From: Candidatus Omnitrophota bacterium
GTDB lineage: Bacteria; Omnitrophota; Gorgyraeia; Zapsychrales; Fredricksoniimonadaceae
Assembly (NCBI GenBank): GCA_015232565.1
Contig: JADFZK010000010.1
Span: 987-64,986 of the forward strand
Reading direction: 5' to 3'
DNA length: 64,000 nt
The notes below the pieces were generated by a model. The model was not told the origin of the DNA. It searched no databases and was given only the letters and a program-made list of their open reading frames with translations. Below are positions 52,052 to 62,222 of the stretch, piece by piece (position 1 is the stretch's first letter; the number at the start of each line of letters is the position of its first letter). Position numbers and translations under genes: made by a program.

Positions 52052-53951
52052 CTGGGCTCATTTTGATCTTGACCGCCACCAGGGTAATGTCGTCCTGTTG
52101 TTTTAATTTACCGCGGAACCGGATCACGTCCTGCGCGATCGCCTGCACCAGCTGATGCGCATCCATTTCCCGCCGGGCTTCGACGAAAGCACTTAAACGC
52201 TCCAGGCCGTACATCTCGCCTTTACTGTTGGCCGCCTCGGTAACGCCGTCCGTATAATAAATAAAGATATCCTGCGGGTCAAATTTTTTCTCCCCGCCCG
52301 AATAAACACCATTCATCATCCCTAACGGCAGGCCGTCCTCCACATCCAGGCTCACTCCGGGCCGGCCCCGGCCAAAATATAAAACCGGCATATGCCCGCC
52401 ATTGGCATACTGCATTACCCGGCGCTGCAGGTCGAAACGGGAATAAAAAACGGTCACAAAACGGTCCGAGGTGTGCTCGCGCACGATCTTCTCGTTAAGA
52501 TCCCACAAAGCTTTTTCCGGCCGCACCCCCGGTTGGGCAAAAAACTTGAACGAACTCACCGCCATGGCCATAAAAAGGCTGGCGGGGAAACCCTTGCCCA
52601 TAACGTCGCCGATCATCACGCCCAGATCATTCGCACCCGAAGAATTAACATCATACAGATCGCCGCCCACTTCCCGGGCGGTGAGCATGAGTGCGCCAAC
52701 ATCAACACCGGCGATCGCGGGCAATTCCGCCGGCAAGAAACTGTCCTGGATCTGTTTTGCCAGCCGAAACTCATTGTCCAGGACGATCTTTTCCTTAAAA
52801 TGCAAGACCGACCGGTACAACAGGCCCACCACATAAAGGGCCGCACAAACCACCAGCGGATAAAAAACATCGATCCACAGCCCCAGCTTGTTAAAGAGCA
52901 TATAGGCGATCACCAGAAAGATCGCGGCCACTTCCAGCAGGATACCGAAAGCCAGCGCCGGTGAAACCTTAACACAAGCCAGGACAACCAGGGCGCAAAG
53001 CCCAAAAAGGATGCCCAGGTTCTGCCAGCGCGATGCGCGGGTAATAAATTTGCCATTAACCAGGGAATTAAAGATGTCGGCGTGAATGCCAATGGAAGGA
53101 TACAAAGGCTCCAGCGGACTGGGATGCATATCGGTGGTCCCGTCGGCGGTCAGGCCCACCAGGCAAACCTTGCCCTTAAAGACCGCCAGGTCCAGCCGGG
53201 GCTTACCCGCCGCCGCGGCAGCTGCGGCCGGGGTGGACTGAGCCGCATAAGACTGTAAAATGTCGGCATAAGAATAATGTGCAAAAGAATCCGCCCAGGG
53301 GCCGGCAAAATTAACCAGCAAATTGCCCTGCTCATCGAGAGGCACCTTCCGAACGGGGGCCTGGCGCTGGAGAAAATCCAGCCCTACCTGATACGCCAGC
53401 GACGGATACTGCCGGCCCTGATAATCCACGAATAAAGGCACCCGGCGGAACTTGCCGTCGCTGTCGGGAATAACATTTATATAGCCCGTCCCGCGAGCCG
53501 CACGCGCCAGCTTTTCCTGGTTCTGCGCGGCCAGCCGCACCGCCTTGGGCACAGCACTGTCGGAGCTATCGGCCAACTCAAAAACATAGGGTAGATACAC
53601 ATTGCCGGCCAGGCGCATGGCCAGGCGAAACTCGTCGTCGCCGCGCTGGGGCTCGCTAAAAAACATGTCGAACACCACCGCCCGGGCGCCGGCGCGGGAA
53701 AGCGCCTCCACCAGTTTGGCGTGATACCCGCGGTCCAGCGGGAAAAGCCCCAGGGATTTGATCGTATCGTTATCGATCTCGACAATAACCACCTGGTCAG
53801 TGCGCTCGATAGCCGGGCGCAAACGGAAGCGCAGGTCCAGCGCATCGAGCTCGTTCTTCTCGAACACCCGGAAATACGATCCGCCCCATAAAGCCAGGGC
53901 AACCAGGACCAGAAGCAGGACCAGTAATTTTTCTTTGTAGTGGTTTATCAT
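52041..53951 (-). CDS. CHASE2-sensor PP2C/SpoIIE-type phosphatase (RsbU-like partner-switching input)
   Basis: The N-terminus has a periplasmic CHASE2-like region with TM segments. The C-terminal PP2C domain includes GGDLYDV and GDVMGKG. Confidence 0.75.
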   Translation of the reverse strand: MINHYKEKLLVLLLVLVALALWGGSYFRVFEKNELDALDLRFRLRPAIERTDQVVIVEIDNDTIKSLGLFPLDRGYHAKLVEALSRAGARAVVFDMFFSEPQRGDDEFRLAMRLAGNVYLPYVFELADSSDSAVPKAVRLAAQNQEKLARAARGTGYINVIPDSDGKFRRVPLFVDYQGRQYPSLAYQVGLDFLQRQAPVRKVPLDEQGNLLVNFAGPWADSFAHYSYADILQSYAAQSTPAAAAAAAGKPRLDLAVFKGKVCLVGLTADGTTDMHPSPLEPLYPSIGIHADIFNSLVNGKFITRASRWQNLGILFGLCALVVLACVKVSPALAFGILLEVAAIFLVIAYMLFNKLGLWIDVFYPLVVCAALYVVGLLYRSVLHFKEKIVLDNEFRLAKQIQDSFLPAELPAIAGVDVGALMLTAREVGGDLYDVNSSGANDLGVMIGDVMGKGFPASLFMAMAVSSFKFFAQPGVRPEKALWDLNEKIVREHTSDRFVTVFYSRFDLQRRVMQYANGGHMPVLYFGRGRPGVSLDVEDGLPLGMMNGVYSGGEKKFDPQDIFIYYTDGVTEAANSKGEMYGLERLSAFVEARREMDAHQLVQAIAQDVIRFRGKLKQQDDITLVAVKIKMSPDAN

Positions 53952-53960
53952 AAAGGCGCG

Positions 53961-55031
53961 TTACGCAGCGGTTTGAACATACTCGGAATAGCTCACGTCC
54001 TTCAAGCTGACGAAAACCGCCATAGCCTTAACCAGCTTTAACTGCCGGTATTCTTCCTGGGTGATCTCCACATGGAGGCGCTCGCCGGTATCGGCCTTGA
54101 GGTTAACCTTGACCAGCGTGCCGGCGGGATTAATGAACTCCACCACCGCCTTGAGCGAAGTGCCCTTGCCGGGCCCGCGCGAAAGCCGGAACTGGTTGGG
54201 GCGCACATACAGCTTGGCCGCCTTGGGCTGGTCCACCGAAAGGCCCGGCACTTCCAGCGCCGTGTCGCCGATGATCGCCTTGCCCTCGGCCAGCCGGCAG
54301 TGAAAGAAATTAACATTGCCCAGGAAGTTCAGGACGAAAGCATTGACCGGATTATGATAAACGTCCTCCGGCGTGCCCACCTGCTCGATGCGCCCCTGGT
54401 TCATGACCACAATGCGGTCGGCCACCTCCAGCGCTTCTTCCTGGTCGTGCGTAACAAATAAAGTGGTAATGTGCGATTCGTCGTGGAAACGCCTCAGCCA
54501 CAGGCGCAGTTCCTTGCGCACCTGCGCGTCCAGCGAACCAAAAGGCTCGTCCAGCAAAAGCACGCGCGGCTTGACCGCCAAAGCCCGGGCCAGGGCGATC
54601 CTCTGCCTTTGCCCGCCGGACAATTGCCAGGGATAACGGTCCACCACCCACTCCAGCTGGATAAGCTTGAGCAGTTCCGTAACCTTCTCGCGGATCTTTT
54701 GCTCCGACGGCCTAACCGGCCGCGGCTGGACCCGCAAGCCGAAAGCGATATTCTCAAAGACCGTCATATGCCGAAAAAGCGCGTAGTGCTGGAACACAAA
54801 ACCCACTCCGCGATCCTTCACCTTCTGATCGCGGGCGTCCTGGCCGCTAAAAAGCACCTGGCCGGCATCATGAAAATCGAGCCCCGCCACGATGCGCAAT
54901 AGCGAGGTCTTGCCCGAACCCGAAGGCCCCAGCAAAGCCAACAGTTCGCCGTTCTCTACCTTAAGGCTGACATTATTCAACGCCTTGAACTGGCCAAAAT
55001 TCTTGTGGATATTCCTGACTTCGATGCTCAT
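53961..55031 (-). CDS. cysA: Sulfate/thiosulfate ABC transporter ATP-binding protein
   Basis: Walker A is GPSGSGKT and the ABC signature is LSGGQRQR. The C-terminus has a TOBE domain. Confidence 0.9.
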   Translation of the reverse strand: MSIEVRNIHKNFGQFKALNNVSLKVENGELLALLGPSGSGKTSLLRIVAGLDFHDAGQVLFSGQDARDQKVKDRGVGFVFQHYALFRHMTVFENIAFGLRVQPRPVRPSEQKIREKVTELLKLIQLEWVVDRYPWQLSGGQRQRIALARALAVKPRVLLLDEPFGSLDAQVRKELRLWLRRFHDESHITTLFVTHDQEEALEVADRIVVMNQGRIEQVGTPEDVYHNPVNAFVLNFLGNVNFFHCRLAEGKAIIGDTALEVPGLSVDQPKAAKLYVRPNQFRLSRGPGKGTSLKAVVEFINPAGTLVKVNLKADTGERLHVEITQEEYRQLKLVKAMAVFVSLKDVSYSEYVQTAA

Positions 55032-55852
55032 GCCGTATGCCCCCGACGGATAACCGCCTCAATAACAGTTTTAGCGACCAGCGTAACAATGGCCAGCAAC
55101 ACCAGAATGGATGCCGCCGCAAAAGCCGCGGCCGACTGGTATTCATTATACAATATCTCCACGTGCAAAGGCAGGGTATTGGTGAGCCCCCGGATATGTC
55201 CGGAAACCACCGACACCGCGCCGAATTCGCCCATAGCGCGCGCATTGCACAAAATAATGCCGTAAAGGATACCCCAGCGGATATTCGGCACCGAGACCAT
55301 CCAGAAAGTCTTCCAGCCGCTGGCCCCCAAAGTAAGCGCCGCTTCTTCCTCCTCGTTACCCTGCGAGCGCATTACCGGAATAAGCTCGCGCGCCACCATC
55401 GGGAACGTTACGAATATCGTCGCCAGGATTATACCCGGCAAAGCAAAGATCACGTGGATATTATGCGCCCTCAGCCACGGCCCCAAAGCGCCCTGGGCGC
55501 CAAAGATCAAAACGAAGATCAGCCCGGCGATCACCGGCGAGACCGAAAGCGGCAGGTCAATAAGCGAGAGCAAAAGGTCCCGGCCTTTAAAATCGAACTT
55601 GGCAATGGCCCAGGAAGCCGCCACGCCAAACACCAGATTCAACGGCACCGCCACCAGCGCCGTTATGACCGTCAGGCGCATAGCCGCCAAAGCATCCGGA
55701 TGCGCCAGCGCCTGCAAATACACCACCCAGCCCTTGGAAAAAGCATGATAAAAAACACAGATCAGCGGCAGGACAATAAAAAGGCCAAAGAATCCCAGCG
55801 CGATCCCAATGAACAATCTCCTGATAACAACCGGTTCGGTGCGTGTGTTCAT
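55028..55852 (-). CDS. cysW: Sulfate ABC transporter permease CysW
   Basis: It has the ABC permease fold with an EAA-like loop and is ATGA-coupled to cysA. Confidence 0.85.
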   Translation of the reverse strand: MNTRTEPVVIRRLFIGIALGFFGLFIVLPLICVFYHAFSKGWVVYLQALAHPDALAAMRLTVITALVAVPLNLVFGVAASWAIAKFDFKGRDLLLSLIDLPLSVSPVIAGLIFVLIFGAQGALGPWLRAHNIHVIFALPGIILATIFVTFPMVARELIPVMRSQGNEEEEAALTLGASGWKTFWMVSVPNIRWGILYGIILCNARAMGEFGAVSVVSGHIRGLTNTLPLHVEILYNEYQSAAAFAAASILVLLAIVTLVAKTVIEAVIRRGHTA

Positions 55853-55859
55853 GCCAGGC

Positions 55860-56699
55860 TCAAACCTTTCCCAGATTCTTCGAGGTCAACCATTGAAAAT
55901 AATTCGCCGCCGCCAGCAGGACAAAAGAGATCAACAGCATGCCGATGGCAATGGCCGTTGCACCCGCGTAATCGTATTGTTCCAGTTTGGTCATAATAAG
56001 CAAAGGCGCGATCTCGGTCTTCAGGGGCATATTCCCGGCAATAAAGATGACCGACCCGTATTCCCCGATCGCCCGGGCAAAAGCCAGCGTTACCCCGGTC
56101 AGCAAGGCCGGAAAAATAACCGGTAGAATAACCAGCCGCACAGTCTGCCAGCGGTCCGCGCCCAGCGAAGCGGCGGCTTCCTCGATCTGCGGGTCGAGGT
56201 CTTCCAGCACCGGCTGAACAGTGCGCACCACAAAAGGCAACCCAATAAAAGTTAAAGCCACCGTGATCCCGAACGGCGAAAAAGCGCCCTTGATACCCAG
56301 CACATTCAGGAATTGCCCGATCCAGCCGGTGGGCGCGTACAATTCGGTAAGCGTAATGCCCGCCACCGCCGTAGGCAAAGCCAGCGGGAAATCCACCAGG
56401 GCATCCACTATGCGCTTGCCCGGAAAAGAATAGCGCACCAGCACCCACGCCACAATGGAACCGAACACCGCATTCACGCACGCGCTGGCAAAAGCCGTCC
56501 CGAAACTTAACCGGTAAGCCGCCAGGGTCCTGTCGGCCGTGATCACGCTCCAGAACTGCGCCATTCCGAGCGACGAGCTCTTGATAAATAGCATGGCCAA
56601 CGGAATGAGCACGATCAGGCTCAAATAGAATATCGTAAAACCCAGGGATAAAGAAAACCCCGGCAGGATGCTTTTCTTGACGAAACCCGGCTTCATAAA
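55860..56699 (-). CDS. cysT: Sulfate ABC transporter permease CysT/CysU
   Basis: It is an ABC permease. The start is refined to MKPGFV at 56699 to avoid overlapping sbp. Confidence 0.85.
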   Translation of the reverse strand, partial: FMKPGFVKKSILPGFSLSLGFTIFYLSLIVLIPLAMLFIKSSSLGMAQFWSVITADRTLAAYRLSFGTAFASACVNAVFGSIVAWVLVRYSFPGKRIVDALVDFPLALPTAVAGITLTELYAPTGWIGQFLNVLGIKGAFSPFGITVALTFIGLPFVVRTVQPVLEDLDPQIEEAAASLGADRWQTVRLVILPVIFPALLTGVTLAFARAIGEYGSVIFIAGNMPLKTEIAPLLIMTKLEQYDYAGATAIAIGMLLISFVLLAAANYFQWLTSKNLGKV

Positions 56700-56703
56700 A
56701 GAA

Positions 56704-57726
56704 TCATTTCTTTTGATAGATCTGGTCGAAGACGCCATTGTCCGCAAAATGCGTTTGCTGGGCCTTCTGCCAGCCGCCGAAAACCGCGTCTATCGTTATA
56801 AGCTCGATCTGTTTGAATTGCCCGGCATATTTCTGCACCACCTCCGCCAGGCGCGGGCGATAATGATTCTGCGCCGCGATCTCCTGGCCTTCGGGAGTAT
56901 AAAGATATTCCAGGTACGCCTGGGCTAACGAACGGGTGCCATGCCGGTCCACATTACCATCCACCAAGGCTACTGCCGGTTCGGCCAGGATGCTCAGTGA
57001 AGGCGCCACGATCTCATACCCGTCGGCGGAGAACTGGTTCACCACCAGGTACGCCTCGTTCTCCCAGGCCAGCAGGACATCGCCGATCTTGCGTTCCACA
57101 AAAGTAGTGGTCGACCCGCGCGCGCCGGAATCGAGCACCGGCACATTCTTGTACAGCGCGGCCACAAATTCCCGGGCCTTGGCCTCGTCATTGTTAAAGT
57201 TCTTAAGCGCATATCCCCACGCCGCGAGGTAATTCCAGCGCGCCCCGCCGGAGGTTTTGGGGTTGGGAGTAATCACACTGACCCCGGGCTTTACCAGGTC
57301 GTTCCAATCCTTGATCTGCAAAGGATTGCCCTTGCGCACCACAAAAACAATAGTCGAGGTGTACGGCGCGCTGTTGTCCGGCAAGCGCGTCTGCCAATCC
57401 ACCGGCAGAAGGCCGGAATTCTTCGCTATAGCGTCAATGTCGTAGGCCAGGGCCAGGGTGACCACATCGGCCTCCAGGCCGTCGATCACCGAGCGGGCCT
57501 GTTTGCCGCTGCCGCCATGCGACTGCTGGACCGTAACCGCCGCACCGGTTTTTTTCTGCCAGAAATCCGTAAAAGATTTATTGAAAGCCTGGTAAAGCTC
57601 CCGGGTAGGATCATAAGAAACATTCAGCAAAGCCAAGCCGCCTTCCGCCCGCGCCGGCGCCGCAAAAGAAGCCCCCCCGACCACCAGCACCGCCGCCACC
57701 AGCACTCCCAGCCATTTTACGTTCAT
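56704..57726 (-). CDS. sbp: Periplasmic sulfate-binding protein
   Basis: It is near-collinear with E. coli Sbp: [66 protein letters not shown] and [20 protein letters not shown]. Confidence 0.95.
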   Translation of the reverse strand: MNVKWLGVLVAAVLVVGGASFAAPARAEGGLALLNVSYDPTRELYQAFNKSFTDFWQKKTGAAVTVQQSHGGSGKQARSVIDGLEADVVTLALAYDIDAIAKNSGLLPVDWQTRLPDNSAPYTSTIVFVVRKGNPLQIKDWNDLVKPGVSVITPNPKTSGGARWNYLAAWGYALKNFNNDEAKAREFVAALYKNVPVLDSGARGSTTTFVERKIGDVLLAWENEAYLVVNQFSADGYEIVAPSLSILAEPAVALVDGNVDRHGTRSLAQAYLEYLYTPEGQEIAAQNHYRPRLAEVVQKYAGQFKQIELITIDAVFGGWQKAQQTHFADNGVFDQIYQKK

Positions 57727-57918
57727 ACCCGCCCTTTCTGGTTATAAAACATCAGCTCCACCACTCCGCCGCCATACTGTACAAAATATTTTAACAATTT
57801 TATTCCTTTAATCATAACTGTCCAGCCAAATAAAGTTCCGGCCACTCCCCAAGCCGCCCCAACGCTCTTAATTTTTCATTTTGAATTGTAGTGCAAGTGG
57901 CAAGCAAATATCGGAAGG

Positions 57919-58072
57919 CTAGTGTGGTGATACACATATCTCTTTACATTTGAATCACCACACTGGAGCAATGGAGCAATCGAAAATGGAGAAATAATTA
58001 AACATTTGGCTCCATTGCGGTCTATTTTCGATTTTCCAATGCTCTTCAAATGTAAAGAAGCGTCAGACACAC
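57919..58072. repeat. 154-bp imperfect-palindromic repeat element, copy 2 (direct orientation relative to copy 1)
   Basis: It is near-identical to 50313..50466. The mismatches are gattcacat vs gatacacat and aaatattaaaac vs aaataattaaac. Confidence 0.75.
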
Positions 58073-58075
58073 TAC

Positions 58076-58122
58076 ACTAGTGTGGTGATTCATGATTTTC
58101 TTAACATTTGAATCGCCGCACT
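58076..58122. repeat. Degenerate third copy of the hairpin module
   Basis: ctagtgtggtgattcatgattttcttaacatttgaatcgccgcac retains the stem arms with 2 mismatches. Confidence 0.5.
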
Positions 58123-58214
58123 GGAACTGGCTATTGCAATAAAAAAACCGAACAAACTTAAACGGGCTATGCTACAAGAACAATTGTCCAATTTTGATCA
58201 GACCATTACCTGGT

Positions 58215-58901
58215 CTATAACAAGTTGAATCGATACCCGATCCCCGGCTCGTTAACAATACGCTTTGGCTGTGCCGGATCTTCTTCGATCTTTTGCCGGA
58301 GATGATTGAGGTAAACACGAACGGAGTTAAGCTTCTCTTCGTTATCGGTCGCCCAGACATCCCTCAGGATCTGGCGCATTGTAAGGACGCGGCCAGCATT
58401 CTTGCTAAACAAGGTCAGCAGTCCATATTCGATCGACGTAAGCTTAAGCGGCTGTCCATTAAGCGTAGACACTCGCGTATTAAACTCCAGCCTGAGTCCC
58501 GCATTATCAAAAACCTCGTCAATAATGCCCGGCGTGGTCTTGCGCCGAAGCACTGCCTGAAGGCGCGCCGTCAGCTCGACCGCCGAGAACGGCTTGGTCA
58601 CATAGTCATCCGCGCCATTCTCGAGGCACCTGACCTTCACCTCTTCCTGCCCCCGGACAGAAACCATAATAACAGCCACATCACTGATCTCCCGGATCCG
58701 CAAAAGAACCTCTGAACCCTCCATGTCCGGCAAGCCCATGTCCAGCAACACGGCGTTAGGCTTTTTATAAACAAGCTCGGAAAGCCCCTCTCTGCCGGTA
58801 CCGGCAGAGATCATGGAGTATCCGGCATGAGTCAGAATGACCCGGAACAGTTTCTGGATCTGCGGCTCATCATCAATGACCAAAACCAGCCCTTTGGACA
58901 T
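58215..58901 (-). CDS. kdpE: OmpR-family response regulator KdpE
   Basis: A receiver domain (LVIDDEPQI...LLDMGLPDMEG) is followed by a winged-helix domain. It lies immediately downstream of kdpD. Confidence 0.85.
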   Translation of the reverse strand: MSKGLVLVIDDEPQIQKLFRVILTHAGYSMISAGTGREGLSELVYKKPNAVLLDMGLPDMEGSEVLLRIREISDVAVIMVSVRGQEEVKVRCLENGADDYVTKPFSAVELTARLQAVLRRKTTPGIIDEVFDNAGLRLEFNTRVSTLNGQPLKLTSIEYGLLTLFSKNAGRVLTMRQILRDVWATDNEEKLNSVRVYLNHLRQKIEEDPAQPKRIVNEPGIGYRFNLL

Positions 58902-58903
58902 CT

Positions 58904-61588
58904 TTATGCCCTCTCTTTATCAATGACAGGCAATGATACAGACATCATAAACCCGCGCGGAGACAAGTTCGCGGCCTCAACACTGCCATTGTTCAGTTCA
59001 ATGAACCGCCTGGAAATGGACAACCCCAACCCCAGGCCGCCCTTCCTCGTCTGAGACCCGCGATAAAACTTATCGAAGATCCTGGCCAGGACATCCCTGG
59101 GGATGCCGCCGCCCTGATCTATGATGTTGATCAGGACCTTCTGGTTCAAGGCATTAACCTTTACATCAACATCACCTTGCGCAGGGCCATGGGTCAGCGC
59201 ATTATTGATCATATTCTTCAAGGCCTGGGTCAGCATATAGAAATCCACCTGAACAACCAGCGGCTCATGCGGGCATTCAACCTTCACCCTGTTCCTGTTG
59301 CTGCCGATCACCGCCTGCTTGACCGCTTCGGATACAACATCCTTCACATCACACAAAGCGTAATTGGGCTTAAAGTTCCCCGTGTCCAGCCTGGTCAGGT
59401 CCAGGACAGCATCAACACTGTTAGTTAACCGCAAACTGGCCAACCGGCTTTCCTCCAACAACTCCAGGGCATCCTTTGGCCATTCATGATACAACAACAG
59501 CGCATCCAGGTACCCGGCAATGATCGTCAGCGGCGTCTTGAGTTCATGCGACAAATTATCCAGAAGGGCGCTCTGCAATTTTTGGGTATCTTCCTTCATC
59601 CTTGCCTCACGGGAGATCCGCAACAGCCCATCCTTCTCCAACATCAGCGTCATGAGCGCCGTGAACGACTCCAGCAAGGTCCTTTCTGCCAGATCCAGGC
59701 GGGCATTGTCTGCCAATTTAATAACAAGCACGGCCCGTACGATGCCGGATGAAATGAGCGGTAAATACATGAGAGGCTGTTGCGGCAAGGTATCACTGAA
59801 GCGTCCGGCTGATTTCTTGTTGGCAATAACCCAGTGAAGCAAGCCTTTCTGCTCATCCGTCAGGCTGATCTGATCTCCCAGCACCCCGTCAAAGACCGGT
59901 TCCCCGGCATCATTAGCCATAACGACAGAACTATTCGAATGACAAAGCACATTGATCTGCCCCGTCCCCACCCGCATGGCCTGCGGCAAATCAACCGTAG
60001 CCGCCAACGCGCGCGTTAACGCATACAATGCTTCCGAACGAACACGCTGGCGGCGCTCGATCTCTCGCTGATGCCTTAACTGCGAGGTGATGTGCCCCAT
60101 CATAAGCGCAACCACAAAGAACATCGCCAGCATCGCCACGTCATAATGATTGTGGATCATGAATGTAAACCTGGGGGCAATAAAAATATAATCCCACCCC
60201 AGGGCACACAACAATGCCAGCATGAACGACGCGCTGCGCCCCAAAAACACTCCGCTCAAGGCCACTACCAGTAAATAAACCAGCCCCAGGGTCTGGTACC
60301 CGGCAAAAGGGCTCAACACCCACGCAACGGCCGTAGCCACTGCGAACATACCCAGGCTTAACCCATATTCCAAAGGCTTCACCTGTGGCACGACCGGAGG
60401 TTTCCTGGCCGGGAAAGGGGCCTCCGAGGAAGAAAGCCGGACAACATGAACATCGATCTGATCGCTGAGATCAACCAGCCGGTCTGTCAACGTTGGCTTG
60501 CCCAGCCAGCGCTGCCAGGGCTTTAAGGAAGACTTGCCGACAATAATCTGGGTGGCTTGCTCCTTCCGGGCCGTATCAACGATCACCCGCGCCAGGTCAT
60601 CACCCTCCTTATGGACAACCTCCGCCCCCAAAACACGCGCCAGGGTCAAATTCTTGAGGACCCGGTCTTTCTCCTCCTCACCTAACGGCATGGAACCTTC
60701 AACGTGCAATGCGACCCAGGAAGCATCCAGCATCCCGGCCCAGCGGCGGGTCATGCGAATAAGCGATTCGGAGAACGGCGTGGCCCCGACAGCCACCAGG
60801 ATCCGCTCGCCGCTCTGACAAGATCCGGACAACCCCCGGGCCGACATCAGCGAACGCAAATTCCGGTTTACATGGGCCGCCGTTAACCGCAAGGCCATCT
60901 CCCGAAGGGCGGTCAGGTTCTCGGTCTTAAAAAAATTATCAGCCGCATCTTGCGCGCGATCAGCAACATAAACCCTGCCTTCGGCCAGGCGCTTGCGCAG
61001 TGCCTGCGGAGAAAGATCGACCAGGGCGATCTCGAACGCCTCATCGAGAATAGTGTCCGGGACGGTTTCGCCGACAACGATCCGGGTCACGGCATGAATA
61101 TCTTCCCGGTGGCTTTCCACATGCTGGACATTGAGTGTTGTAAAAACATCGATCCCGGCAGACAACAGCTCCAGGACATCCTGATAACGCTTGGGATGAC
61201 GGCTTCCGGGGACGTTGGAATGGGCCAGCTCATCAACTATTACCAGCTGAGGACGGACTTTCAGGATCTCATCGATGTCCATTTCCTCGAATGACCGGTC
61301 CCGATACGAAACAAGCTTGACTGGTATCCGGTCCAGGCCCTGGGTAAGTGCTTCGGTCTCAACGCGCCCATGTGTATAAACGATCCCGATCACAACACGC
61401 AAGCCATCCGCTTGACGCTGACGCGCCTCCTGCAACATGGCATAAGTCTTCCCCACACCAGGGCACATCCCGAAGAAGATCTTGAGCTTGCCCCGCTGGG
61501 CGTCCTCGTTGTGAATGTTCAATAACAGCGCATCCGGATTAGGCCTATCCATGCCGTATATCTTACTTTCATCCGCCATATTTGGCAC
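58904..61588 (-). CDS. kdpD: Sensor histidine kinase KdpD
   Basis: The KdpD N-terminal domain (GMCPGVGKTYAML) is followed by a Usp domain, four TM segments, a GAF-like region, HisKA (SHELKTPL) and HATPase_c. Confidence 0.9.
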   Translation of the reverse strand: MPNMADESKIYGMDRPNPDALLLNIHNEDAQRGKLKIFFGMCPGVGKTYAMLQEARQRQADGLRVVIGIVYTHGRVETEALTQGLDRIPVKLVSYRDRSFEEMDIDEILKVRPQLVIVDELAHSNVPGSRHPKRYQDVLELLSAGIDVFTTLNVQHVESHREDIHAVTRIVVGETVPDTILDEAFEIALVDLSPQALRKRLAEGRVYVADRAQDAADNFFKTENLTALREMALRLTAAHVNRNLRSLMSARGLSGSCQSGERILVAVGATPFSESLIRMTRRWAGMLDASWVALHVEGSMPLGEEEKDRVLKNLTLARVLGAEVVHKEGDDLARVIVDTARKEQATQIIVGKSSLKPWQRWLGKPTLTDRLVDLSDQIDVHVVRLSSSEAPFPARKPPVVPQVKPLEYGLSLGMFAVATAVAWVLSPFAGYQTLGLVYLLVVALSGVFLGRSASFMLALLCALGWDYIFIAPRFTFMIHNHYDVAMLAMFFVVALMMGHITSQLRHQREIERRQRVRSEALYALTRALAATVDLPQAMRVGTGQINVLCHSNSSVVMANDAGEPVFDGVLGDQISLTDEQKGLLHWVIANKKSAGRFSDTLPQQPLMYLPLISSGIVRAVLVIKLADNARLDLAERTLLESFTALMTLMLEKDGLLRISREARMKEDTQKLQSALLDNLSHELKTPLTIIAGYLDALLLYHEWPKDALELLEESRLASLRLTNSVDAVLDLTRLDTGNFKPNYALCDVKDVVSEAVKQAVIGSNRNRVKVECPHEPLVVQVDFYMLTQALKNMINNALTHGPAQGDVDVKVNALNQKVLINIIDQGGGIPRDVLARIFDKFYRGSQTRKGGLGLGLSISRRFIELNNGSVEAANLSPRGFMMSVSLPVIDKERA

Positions 61589-61619
61589 TCATTTCTTGCT
61601 GCAAAGAAATTCAAAACAC

Positions 61620-62222
61620 TTAAGGTTGCGAAGCTGGCTTGAGCCCGTCTAACGCCAGATTAACCTTAAGGACATTAACGACAGGCTCCCCCAATAATCC
61701 CAAGAAACGCCCACTCATGTTCCGGCCGACGACCTGCCTTACAGCCGCTTCCGGCAACTTCCTTAACCCGGCAACACGCGCAAGCTGATAATTCACTCCC
61801 GCCAGGCTCAAGTGCGGATCTAGGCCGCTCGCCGAAGCCGTTACCAGATCAACAGGGACTAAAGCCTGATTGCCCGGATCAACAGCTTTAAGCACAAGTA
61901 TCCTTGCCTTGACCGAAGCGGCCAAGGCCGGATTAGACGGCCCCAGATTAGAGCCAGATGATGCCGAGGCATTGTACGCCGGAGTTGTTGCCGAAAGCCT
62001 GCCCCAGAAATACTTTGGGTCATCAAAATTCTGCCCGATCAATGTGGAGCCGACACACTGCCCGCCACCCGGACAGATCAGGCTGCCGTTAGCTTGTTTG
62101 TGAAAAAACACCTGCGCCATACCGGTAACGATCAGTGGATAAACGCCTCCGGTGATCACGGTTAACACAATGAAGATCATTATTGCCGGACGGATCTGCT
62201 CGCGAAACATATTCACCCCCAT
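61620..62222 (-). CDS. kdpC: K+-transporting ATPase subunit KdpC
   Basis: The N-terminal TM segment and the PLIVTG and ASGLDPHLS motifs are present. Confidence 0.85.
   Translation of the reverse strand: MGVNMFREQIRPAIMIFIVLTVITGGVYPLIVTGMAQVFFHKQANGSLICPGGGQCVGSTLIGQNFDDPKYFWGRLSATTPAYNASASSGSNLGPSNPALAASVKARILVLKAVDPGNQALVPVDLVTASASGLDPHLSLAGVNYQLARVAGLRKLPEAAVRQVVGRNMSGRFLGLLGEPVVNVLKVNLALDGLKPASQP

Noticed and set aside
57919-58122. Possible CRISPR array from the recurring 42-bp hairpin repeat
   Set aside because: There are only three copies, with 150-bp and 7.4-kb spacings and no regular repeat-spacer periodicity. No cas genes are in the window.
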